In this document: positions 24,816-37,300 of the stretch, one piece after another
Numbering within the stretch: position 1 is the stretch's first letter
Layout: the number at the start of each line of letters is the position of its first letter
Origin: Antedon mediterranea
Lineage: Eukaryota > Animalia > Echinodermata
Reading direction: 5' to 3'
Assembly: GCF_964355755.1 (NCBI RefSeq)
Contig: NC_092672.1
Coordinates: 13,020,001 to 13,084,000, forward strand
Length of the DNA stretch: 64,000 bases
Notes under the pieces: model-generated
Databases searched by the model: none
Told to the model about the DNA's origin: nothing
The model's input: the letters and a program-made list of their open reading frames with translations, nothing else
Translations under genes and position numbers: made by a program

Positions 24816-27788
24816 TTAGCTTTTTGCAATATCTTTTAAATTTTGCAAAAACTGAATATATTGGGAGTGTTCCACTGATGTTGCCAAATCGCACAGCTTG
24901 TCAGTAAATGCATCATCAATTCCTCTTTCTTCTAACATGTTCATTAACAAATCATACAAATCCTGAAAGAAATTGTTTTTCAGTTTAAATTGTTATTATT
25001 CTTAAGTAAGTAAGGGTATATGATAACAAAACACTGTTTACACACACCAGGGCACACAACATTTAAAACACCAGTATTTGAAAACTCTGGAGTGTTGCTA
25101 ATGTGTAATATTTAAAAGTCTATCTTATTCTTAGAAGAAGTGGGAAAGAACTAATTTTTACTTGCAAGAAATTATCCTTAAGAAATTGCTCCTTAACAGT
25201 ATTATAGAGATTTAAACCATAAGTGAAATAAGTACGGTAAAAAGGTATGTGCAGCATTTAAGCTTGGTTCCCCCTTGGACACAACCGCAACAAGTGCAAC
25301 ATGATTTGACCAATGACAAGCAACAGTTTGGATGATACATCACTTGGTGATTGGTCAACTTGCCTGGCGCATAACATAATTGTATGGCGTCCTAGTGGGA
25401 ACGAGCAGTTTGCATTGTAATATAAAGTATTCATCACTTTCTAAACTACAAGCTTTTAAAAAATGTTAATTTTACTCAATTAATACTTACTCCATCCATG
25501 ACTTCACTTCCTACAGTGTACACCTTATCAGTAGCAGTATCCTTGTAAATTGACACTTCATCAATTATAAAGGTATCTTCTTCCTGTTGATCCTCTGCCT
25601 CACCTTCATTTAATTCAGTAGAAAAACTACACTTCAGTGATAAAGTTTGCTGACTCTCTTTAGTTATCTCAACATTGAAATCTGGATATGAACGCATCTG
25701 AAAATATAATTAAAAGATATATTATATTTACATAGATCAGTCCTCGTTTTTAAGGAACATGAGTGCAATAGCGCTCCTAAAAAACCTTCAAGAAGAGTCT
25801 CTCAATATATTTATTCAAACATTTTTGCACATAAAAACATACACGGCAGCACAAGGCTCAACTGCGTATGACAAAAAAAAAATGCATATAAAAATACTCA
25901 ACACAAAAGCACAAATATATAAGAAAAAAAAATCATAACAATCATGAAAGAACCAAAGACCAGAAGAGCCAAGCAGTTAAATTATTGATGAGCTGAGTCA
26001 AAAAAAGGACCAAGATTTTACGATACCTCTCAATTTTACGTTGATGTCTAAGGGACATGCAAGTACTATAAGAGTAACCGATTCCCTGATTACACCACCA
26101 GTAAAAATGCAGAGTTGATCCGGAATTGTATAACCAGAGTCGTACCAGGGACGCAAAAATGCAGAAATGTAGGCCGGTGTAAACGATGTAAAAGTCATGC
26201 TTTAATCTCACAACAAGGCACCAAAATAGCATTTATTCTTACATAAGAATTTCAACTTGGATAAAGAAATCATGCTCTAAGTAGGGAAGAATTAATGAAA
26301 TGCGAGTCTAAAAACAACTCTCATGCACCATGGTTAAGAAAATTAAAACTAGGGCGCAGGGGTAAGTTGAATCTTTTCTTTTAAATAAACCTAGACAAGG
26401 CTCAAAATAATTTCTATAACTTTTAGTATCGATGTTCCACCATATGCTACAAGCCGGGTGGCTTGAGAATAAAACAAATTGAATTGAATTTCCATAAACT
26501 TTCCAAAACTTCTAGAATCAACAGTGACCATGAAAAACTTGCTTGACAACCGATAATTGAATTTGTGCTCGATGTGAAAGCACACTCAATGTTTGCGATA
26601 TTTTCCTCAGAACGCTCGACTGTGATGTGAAAGTAGCTTACCAATGATTCTGCATCTTCATTCTCTCCTTCTGCTGAGTCTTCATCTGCTTCAACTGAAT
26701 GGTTTACATTGAATGAAACAACTATTCTATAATCACAAAAAAACACATTAAATTACCTACTGTTCATTGCAACTTCTTTTTATGTTTTGCCATTTGAAAT
26801 CAATTCACATCTCTCAATATGTTGGTCATCACAACATTTTTCTACCAACAAATACAGTACAAATATAGGGCCATTCATTTAAATTTGTTTTAGATGCTCA
26901 TGTACTACAAATGGAGAGGCATTATTATATACCAATAGATAAAAGTTTTGGTCCTTTCTCCTTCATCTTTTTTTTGTGTAATGTATTACTATTATACCAT
27001 ATGGACAATTGTCTGAAATAAAAGTTGAATTGAATTGAATATTCACCAAAACATTAGTCAACAAGTAGGCCTATGTGTATTTACTATTTTAATTAATTTT
27101 ATGCTGAATATTAAAATAATAAAGTACTGATTAATTATTGTGAAAATGACACTTACTTTTCTCCATTATCATTTTTTGATAAACTAACAGTAGATCCAGT
27201 GACAGATTTAGTGAAATCATCTACCTCTTGAGCCTCCCCTTTTGTTTGATTTTTCTTTTCAAGTTTTATTTCATCTTCAAGAAATTGAGCAAGTTCTTTG
27301 TCGCCTAAAAATTAAGAAAATAGGCATATAGAAATAGGCCTAGCTACTACTAGGCCAATGGCATGGAGTAATGCTGCTAGTACTAATACTATACTAGCCT
27401 AGTAGGCCTCGCCTAGCTAGGTATGTTATGGCTTGGGTTAATGCGCAATTTGCGCAAGGATTTTTGTGGAAGACAAAATGTGGAAAAATCAAATCAATTA
27501 TCAAGGCCTAACTAGGCTAGGTTTATTACCTTCTGTATGCATGCCGGCACAACCGCATGCACATAATTTTGAGTGTCCAGAAATTCCACCGATTTCAGGA
27601 GGCACACTCACACCTCCATTCATCGTCGGGTTAATCGCATACCATAACGATCGTGTAAAAGCTCTTGAAGATGTATTGACGTTGTTAAAACTTTTGTAAA
27701 CCAGTCTGTTTGAAGCCGATATGCATAACGAAGTCTTCCCTATGTTTGTTAACAGACGATATGCAACTTTTGAAACATTAAATGCCAT
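24816..27788 (-). CDS. C1QBP: Complement C1q-binding protein / mitochondrial p32 (MAM33 family), about 281 aa. Exons: 27788-27530, 27304-27157, 26726-26642, 25697-25491, 24962-24816
   Basis: Basic mitochondrial-presequence-like N-terminus; motifs CACGCAGMHTEGDKELAQFLEDEIKLE, VSFNVNHSV, SYPDFNVEITK, DLYDLLMNMLEERGIDDAF...EHSQYIQFLQNLK; junction phases consistent (846 nt). Confidence 0.95.
25261..25405. mobile_element. Diverged copy of the AGCTTGGTTCCCAC MITE (C1QBP intron 4)
   Basis: AGCTTGGTTCCCC ... TTGACCAATGACAAGC ... CTAGTGGGAACGAGC. Confidence 0.65.
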
Positions 27789-28302
27789 GTTTTTTAGCTC
27801 AAAATTCACGTGCGCTCAACAAGCATGTAGTACACAGAGAGAGAGCAAGATGTGGTGTTTGTGGCTAAAGAGGGCGCTTTAATCTGCTATGGCATTCCAA
27901 AAGCGCCAAATAAAGTCTGATTACTTTAAAATGATTTATTCATTTATTTTTGAGAATGAAATTAAAATATGGTATTGAATGTACTGCTAATGAACTGATT
28001 TTGCATGTTTTTTATGCAATGTGGACAACTTTTTATAACTAGGTATGTCTGTATTTTACTCGCGACGGTTCCCTTCCATATACGCAACAACGCCATCATC
28101 AAAATCATCGCTGTTTAGGTAGTTATCGGAAGGCTTATTATCGGCGGGGTCGATTCTAATCGAACGATTTCTAGGCCTATCATTTATCGATCTGACCAAG
28201 GCAATCTAAATTCGAACCCGACTCTCTCAGCTCTCTCTGCGTTGATTTTGTCGTCCTCCCCACCACCAGCAGCCGGCCAAGACCAGAAAGAGAATACCGA
28301 CA
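27789..28302. promoter_or_regulatory. Putative bidirectional promoter between C1QBP and TMEM120
   Basis: The two ATGs diverge 514 bp apart; locally CpG-richer than flanks; inferred from geometry only. Confidence 0.65.
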
Positions 28303-31300
28303 ATGGAGAACGGTGGTGTTCAAAGATTGGAAGAAGAATTTTCTAACCTGGAGAAAGAATGTGATTCCTTAAAAGTGAGACCAATATTAATAATCATTCA
28401 ATCCACCGCAAACAACCATTTCCTCCCAACCAATACTCCAGCCAGGCCCTAGCTAGCTAGGCCTAGGCCTAGCTAGCCTAGGCCTATACTAAATAGGCTA
28501 GGCCTAGCCAGGCTACCTAAGCCTAGCCCTACTACCAAAGACATCAAATTTCAATAAATTAGAATTAGGGACCTTCTTTTTTCATTTTCTAGGCCTAGCC
28601 TACCTAGCTAGGCCTAGGCTAGGCCTAAGTAAGCACATAGGCCTAGGCCTAGTAATCCTCGATTCAGGAGAGCTAACCGTGCTTTATTGGCATTGATTGG
28701 TAGGTACTTGCCTTTCTTGGTCCAATTGGTGCATTGAATTGATCCCTTTTTTGCAGCAAAAATGAAGCTAACAAGCACGAATGTGCAATACTCTGGGTAC
28801 AGCGAAAGAAGCTGTAATCACGTCATAAGACCGGATGTAACGTCACATACACATCAATAACCGCGCTACCAAATAAGGCTATACGGTACCATCTTCGAGA
28901 CGTGATATGGCTGCATCCGGTTTGAAATTAACTAGCTTAATTAGCTTTGAGGACGTCCCTGTAGTATATTCATGCTAAATCCGAGCTCAATACTACAACG
29001 AATAAGGGAGGAGTAGTACTTTATAAATCGCACTTTTTGCTCAATAGTGTCCGGATGGAAGAAGAAGAGGAAAAGATGAGCGAGTCCTAGACTCAGGTAC
29101 CCCGAGTAATAAAACGAGATATACTCTATATCATATTACGTATATAGTATATTTCACCAGTAAAGTTAAAGAAAAATAGGTTTCGCCAGGGTTCGAACCA
29201 GGACCTTCTGCGTGTTAAGCAGACTTGACAACCACCACTACACTACGAAACCTCTTACACTAAAAATGTGGGTTACACAAAGTTTGTTAATCCATTTAAA
29301 TTACAAATAAATTACAAATAAATATGGTAATAAGCACAAAGCAAAATAAACATGTGTAAAAGTGATAATTACCGATTACACAAAATAAGTATTTTTAAAA
29401 ATAATAAAAATAAGATACTGTGTATAATTATCATATTGCGTATACAGTACTTTTCACCATAAAGTTGCCCGGGCTCGAACCAGGTACCTTCTACGTGTTA
29501 AGCAAACGTGATAACCACTACGCCAAGAAGCTGCATATAACTACATAACGCTGTGGTGTGTGTCACACATTGTGGCTTCTTAATTTAACAAATTAATTAC
29601 GGTAACAAAAAAGCACGAATGTGCGATATTCGGGGTACAGCAAATGAAGCTGTAATGACGTCATAAGACGGGATGTGACGTCACATACACATCAATAACC
29701 TACCAAATACGGCTATATGGTACCATCTTCGAGACGTCATATGGTTGAATCCGGGAGTTTGAAATTTAAAAATCTATAGATTTGAGGACATGTCCCTGTA
29801 GTAACTAGATATTCATGCCAAAATCCAGCTCAATACTAAAACTAATAAGGGAGGAGTAGTACTTTAAAAATCGCACTTTTTACTCAATAGTGTCTACAGT
29901 AGATGGAGGAGGACGGGGAAAATGAATAAGTCCTAGACTCTGGTACCCCGAGTAAAAAGTGGGATTGGGTCTCATTGCCAAAATGTACAAAAACAAATAG
30001 GCCTAGGCCTAGACTAGGCCTATAGAAATAATTATAATTGTGTACTAGGCCTAGGCCTATAATACTTTATTATATTTTACTGCAACAGTGCAATTTACCT
30101 TTTTTTTTTTTTATCCTTTTTTATGAGTTTGAATAGGTTTCTATTTCTTTTGTGTCAAAATAAACCTGCATTCGAAAAGAAAATGAATATTTTGTTAACC
30201 AGCATTCAATATACCCAATTCCAGGACGAACACAAAGTGTACATTCAGAAGTTGGAGGAATTGAAGTCTTTGCAGGGGAAATGTATATCAAAGATTAACC
30301 ATCAACAAAAAAGATACAAAATCCTTCTATCAAATCTTAACAGGTGATTATTATATTACATACTTATTTATTAATCAGCAAGTAATGTTTTAAAGTCACC
30401 TAGAGTTTTTGTGTGGTTATTCAAGCCTAAGGGGTCTGTTTCTGCTGCATAGCGCCAAATAAATGCTTTATTTAAAAATATAATTTTTATATCGACTGCA
30501 TTTCTGCTCAATTTTTGCTCCTAAATAACTGTTTAAATCAGTGGTGGTCAGTACCCAAAATGCAATGGGCACTGGGATCAATTCAAACATTACTACAGTG
30601 TAGTTGACACAAGGTCAGCAGCTGTCAATCAAATAACCGTTATTTTGCGTTGAAGCTAAAAGTTACACAGCAATAACCAGTAAAATGGCGTTCTTACACC
30701 GAATCTATTGGGTGTTTTTAACCATTATTTTCAGGCTGCCATTTATCCGGTCATTGAATATTTTTCTTGTTTCTGCTGCCAAGAAATTGGGGTTAATTTA
30801 TTCACATGGTTTTTAACCGGTTATTTTTATGCAGGGCAGGAACAGGACCTAACTCTCTTTCTGGTCTGTTTATGGTTTGAACAAATAGTTTAATACAAAT
30901 AGTACTGTATGTGATACTTGAATTGATTGAATTGAAATTTATATTTATACTGGGTAACCTCTTCAGTCAAGGACTGGTCTCCCAGAGGGCCCAGTTGGTG
31001 ATCAGTGGCTGTGATGTACTAATACACCGGGGTAACCCCCTACTCGTCTCGAAAGATGTAATAGGTTCTTTAAAGTGCACACGAGCTAGATGTGTCCACT
31101 GGACCTACGGTTTATAGTCCTTATCCGAGAAGACTCGTTCTACCACCAGTTTATCCGAGAAGAAAAATAAAATGTAATGTCATAAGTAAACTACTATAAC
31201 ATTTTTCTTAATTGCATCCTTCATAGGAGTGAAACTGAAAATGTAAAAGTTAATGAACTTAAAAAAAAAATAACCAAGAACCAATTTGACTGTCGAGAAA

Positions 31301-34300
31301 TGAATGAAAGTTTACCAAAAGAAAATAGGTAAGTTTACAACATATCGTAAGTAAGATTTGTTCTAATCTCTATTTTTAGTGTGCATAAGTATTTTATACA
31401 ATCCAACAAAATTAGCTTTCTTTATTATTTTGGGGGTTTTACCTGTCAACTATCTTGTGACTGACACCTGTGATACCATTCCTTTTTTAATCCGTAAATT
31501 CCATGTATTTTGTAAAATGAAGTAATACATTTTATTGTTCTTTATTCCGAAGTTCATCTTTTCATACTGTACACTGTTATTCATACAAAGAGAACAAAAA
31601 AACTGCCCAAAATAATCATAATTTGTTTCTTTGTCAGTCTTTTCCTGAGTGTTATATTAGGCAGAGTGAGTGTTTCACTTCTTACAAGACCAGACAGGTA
31701 AGTACAGTATTTTATTGTCAAACCCAATTACTTTCTATTTGCATCATATCACATTCATTGTCATTCACAAGCTGATAAAACAAATGTACCTGCCAACAGA
31801 AAATAAAATATTTAAATCCCATTCCTTACGTTTTTTTAGATCTAATTTAAGGTCACAAACTACATTTAATGTAAAAATAAATACTATATGGTCCTAATGC
31901 GATAAATGTTTTGTCTTTAAACGGTTAAAAATGTGAAGAGTAAGTCAATTGATTCTAATAAAAGCAACCCGTTATAAATCCCAACATGCCATGCTATCGG
32001 ATTGATTCTGGCAAAAACAGAAAGACATTTTGATGCAGCAACTAGACCACGTCAGGCTAGTCCTATAGCTAACGTAGGATGTTTATACGTTACTGTTTAC
32101 CAGCTAGGCCTACAAAGAATACCCCTACAAAAGTACATTCGACGTGAGATACTTTGGTAGTGCATTTTTTCTTTTTTTTTATCACAATTTACCATAAAAC
32201 GTACATTTAATGACCTGGTTTAATGTTTTTAAAGTAATATTAATATATGCATTAATTTTACAAAAAATCAAAAATTGTAGGGATGTACAGCATTTGGTAG
32301 AAAGTTACTAAAGGAAACAATGATTTTATAAAAAAGAAATCCAGAATGGGCTTAATGTTGAATCAGTTATTCTAAAGACTGCATTTATAGTGTGATAAAA
32401 TGAAAATAAATCCCTATTATAATCATCAAAATTAAAGTATAATTAATACATTGTTCCAATGTTTTCATTGTCCCATTATTTTCATTGCCACATTGTTTTC
32501 ATTGTTCCATTATTTTTATTGCCACATTGTTTTCATTGTTCCATTATTTTCATGTCATTGCTTTTATTCATTTCATAATCATTTCAGATTATCTTACAAA
32601 GAAGAATATGAACGATTTAAGCTGAATTTGTCATTAATAACATTAATCTTTGCAATTACTCTGTGTTTTTTAATAGAACAAAGGTAGGAATCATACTATC
32701 CATTCTTTCATCTTTTTATATGTGTGGTTTTCAAGAAAAAAAGTTTGGAAATTATTATTAAAAATTATTTGTTTTGGTGAATTGATATTATAAAAATGTC
32801 GTAGTGAAAAGGTGTCGTGGTCACAACACAATTTTTATCTTCTTACACTTACTGTATTAATTGTTTGTAAAATATCATTTCATTATCATTACTTGTTGGC
32901 TGCATGTGAATGGCTAATCATAACCAACTTAATTGTGGTGACAGTGGTGATTGGTTAATAGCAATATTTAAATCCAACGTGGTTCACGCACATTCTACAA
33001 CATTGCAAAACGATAACAAGTTGACCGATTTTAATCAATTAATACGTGATAATACTGATGGTTTTAAAATTGCTAAGAACCAATCAAATTTAATGTTTTT
33101 CTTCTTTTTCTTGAGCTTCTTTATATTATTAGAAACCAATTTCAAATAATATGCATGCTTTTGTTGACTAATTTCATTACATATTAATTTTAATTTTTCT
33201 GCTATGCCCTTTATAATTGTAAACACACATGTATTACCTTTTCATTGGTTTTAATTAATATTATCTATTCAATTGACCAATCTCCCTTTCAATATCTAAA
33301 CATGTGTCTAAATATTCATGATTTTTGGTAACATAAATAATAACAAAATAAAGTAGTGGGACTTTTCACAATATATTTATTGCTAAAAATGTCAGGACAA
33401 TATTATTAATGAAAATATGAATCATATCAAGCAAAAGGACACTAAGCCTGCTGTATCAAATAGAATGGTTTGGATGCGTATACAAATAAGTCCCCACATT
33501 TGATTTGCTATTGGCCAATTGGCTTCCACAAAATTTAATTAGGATCTATGTGACTGGTAGTACCAAAAGGGTACCATAGATAATCCTATGTTATAGCCTT
33601 GATTTTAATTAAAACCCTTCCCACAATAATAAATTTAAGAATTAAGGAGAATGTTTGAGAGGCATTCAATTTTTTAATTATTTATCTACATTTTTTGACT
33701 TATATTTATAGAACTAGAGACCTGATAACTGAAGATATTCATCATTAAACATTTCTTAATTACAAAAGAACCTCTTTAAGGGGTAACCCAACAATGTGTC
33801 CCTTTAAAAAGGGTGTCCCCTGAATAGGGGATGTCCAAAGTGTTAAAACATATATCCTTATTAGGGGTGTCTCAAAGGAGGGGTTTAACTGTACTAACCT
33901 TGCATGAAATTGATATATTTTGCATGTTGTTTGTTTTTTAACCTCCAGACTCAACTATAAGGAACAGTATGAAGTGTTCAAACTGTACCTCAGTCTTATT
34001 GTGTTTCTTACATCCATTATTCAGTGCTTTTTGTCTGGTTTCAGGTATTAGCTTAACTGCACAGCAATTAACTTATTACCATATATATTCGAATAAATGC
34101 CGCTGGGGCGGTTATTGTTCAGGAGAAATTTTAGGAGGGTGTATATATTACATGTATAATCAAATAATTACCCTTAGATAGGAAACACAACACAATTAAA
34201 TTAAGATGTGATAAAATACAATAAAAATTGCATCAAAATGCTTGGTAAATTGTAGATCATGTCACTCAATAAATTCTACTACAAATAGAAATGTTGTATA

Positions 34301-37300
34301 TTTTTTGGGCGGAGCGTTTTTTTGAGGACGTAATTTAAGTTGTTTATTCCATGAAGGAATTTATTCCAAATGATGTTCTATAAGAGGCATTTATTCTAGG
34401 AATGGTTTTGTTTCAAAGCAGCATTTATTCGAATAAATACGGAATTTGTTTTAAAATTTGCAATTCTTACATTTTGTGATCAATGTATAATTTGGAAAAA
34501 TAAAATTTAGAAGCAGATCACTAACAAAAAAATGTTAATACTGTAAAAAATTAACAAATGAGGTTACATAATTTGTAAAATGCTATAGTTGTATCATGTG
34601 TTTATTTTTATATTTTAATGCTTTGTTTTGTAATCTTGCTTTTTGATTAAAACACTAACCTTGGATACAGCACTTTAACCTTTGATTTTATTTAAATATT
34701 GCAGCCATATTTTTGCATGAAATTAAATTTCTAGCTTTAAATAAAAACCTCTAGATAAATCAGATTATTTTGTATTATGTTATTGTTAGTCTCAATATAA
34801 TTTCATGGAATGGAATCTATTGTTACCAATATTTATATTATATTTTATTGTTTATTTTAACGAGTGAGAATAACGCATATACTTTGTAAAAACTTGGCTC
34901 ACACCAGACACGGGGGGAGTGAAGTGACGCATGTCAATCAAATAGGTTCACATGACATAATGATTATTTGCGGTTGTCACACTTGATGCACATAGAAGAC
35001 ATGCAGCTTGCTAGCCTTGTCCTATCTTACATTGCAATGCATACTAATACTTGTCACAAATATTTTCGTACTATTTTGCCAATAATCTGCACTTACCCTA
35101 ATTTGACTGCTAATACAAGCGCCATTGTACCAAACAAGGAAATTCAGATAATCATAAATAATCAATTTTTTTTAAATTGAACCATCATTTTAGTTTTTTC
35201 TCCAATCAACATGCAATGATTTTGTGTCATTTCTCAGTTCTGCTTGGTCAGTTGGAAGCGAATTTGACCTAACTTCAAGTTTGTGCAGTTTATTTTACCA
35301 AGCTGGTAATTGGGAGCTGCTCTAGTAGGATCAAATGTATGTTCACATTGAATGTGTCACTGAGCTCTGCGTCTCCTCTGGTGTGAACCATCAGACTGCT
35401 ATTTGTAGGTTTTTGAGACAGTATTTTTGTTAGGTCTAAATTATCATTTTAATGATTTCTTTTGTTCTTGTTAAGATTTATAGATGCACTGTATCACTTT
35501 CTACTTGTTTGGTATTACTGTACTCTGGTCATCCGAGAAAGTATATTACGACAAAATGGATCAAGGTATAGTGATTAACATTTCTGTTATTTTCTATTTC
35601 TAATATTTTTTAACAAGGAGCCAATGTAATTAATGACTCTATTGCATGCTCAGCTTTTTGAGAATTTTCTGCAGTTTAAGGCTGGTGACTGTCATGTTTG
35701 AAAACCAACCTATAGCGTGTATGCCTATATACTGGTTCTACACCACCTGAAAATTGTTTTTGTATAATTGTTTTAAACACAAATAAAAAACATTTGTGGT
35801 AATGATGTCTAGTGGTAGTCGAGTGATTTGTATTTTAGAGATTTATTAAATGATGACTAAATGAGACATGGAAATATATAAAACAGAAACTTATTGTTTT
35901 GTTTTACAGAATTAAAGGCTGGTGGGTGACCCATCATTATTTATCTGTTGTGTTAAGCGGTACATTGCTTATTTGGCCAGACAGCATTACTTATCAACTG
36001 TTTAGACCACACTTTATGACATTTTCTGTGTATATGGGTAAGGGCAAAATGCACACTGTTACATTTATGAAATCATTCTTTTTTAATATTCATTTCCTTC
36101 ATTTTATTCATATTGTTGGTATGTCCATCATCTATGATCAGCATTTCATTTCACAATTGTTATGCCTTGAGCCCTTGTTGAGCCGTGAAATGTGCAAAAA
36201 GTTACATTTGTGCAAACAACCACATTTGTGCAAACATGTTCCCTTCAAATGTACAAACAACCACATTTGTGCAAACATGGCACCCTCAAATGTGCAAATC
36301 TGTAAAAATGTATAGTCCACTAATGTGCAAACATCATGCCGTCAAATGTAAAAATGATCAGTTTTGACGTTAATAATGTGCTTTTGACGTGAAATTCTAC
36401 AAATCGTTTTTGTTCAACCAAAATCATTTTTTAAAAATGATAACCTAATTCTAAATAGTCACAGGGTTTCCTAACAATGTTTTTTATAATACAAAAATGT
36501 AGGCTTTAACATAATAACAGTCTCAAATTAGACTTAGTTCATAAGTAATTTTTTTTTTAATATTTAAAAAAAAAGTGGGTCATTTTGAAGTAACATGATA
36601 GTTATTAACTTTGACTAAAAATTAGTTGAAAAGTAAATCATTAAACTGAAATACAGACATTTTTTTGTTCAAAAAATAACTTTGACTTCCAGTCAAAGTT
36701 TTCGATTAAAACATATCTCATAATGCAACGCGCTTGTTTGGCTACTCTGTATGCATAATCTTGCGATCTGTGTGAAAACACCTTCTCAAACCGTGACGAG
36801 TTGTAAACAATCCTAATTAGCATCGTGCATAATGCATACTCATGCTTTGAAATCTTTGTTTACTTTTGCTCGCGACGATTTTCCAGCAAAATGTAATCAA
36901 ATTAATTTACCTGTTAATTACGTAAACTTGTTGTTTTTGGCTCGAATTTTCGACTTAAAGTGAATAACTTTGATATTACTTTGATATGGCCAATTTAAAT
37001 CTAGATTACATTTTTTGTGTTTCAAGGGACAATACATCTTTAAGAAAAAAAAAAAATATAAATAATGGATGACTATTTTTCACAGGTTTTGTTCAGCTTC
37101 TTCAATATTATTACCAAAGTGGATGTCTCTATCGACTCAGAGCATTGGGAGAAAAACGAGATATGGATATTACCGTTGGTAAGAATACCTATAATTCTTT
37201 AGTACTCTGTTGGCCCGTTTCTACTGAGCAAGATGATGTGGATTTAGATACCATATAGTTGAAAAGAACGATATTTTCAGAAATTTTAAATATGGTTATA

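Noticed and set aside
25770-26640. Minus-strand ORFs in C1QBP intron 3 (25942-26232, 25998-26198, 26391-26585) as a nested gene or retroelement
   Set aside because: No recognisable domain or consistent splice structure; may be a decayed TE but cannot be supported by eye.
29179-29252. Functional tRNA-Val gene
   Set aside because: D arm has an insertion and mismatches and the T stem is broken; embedded in a repeat array.
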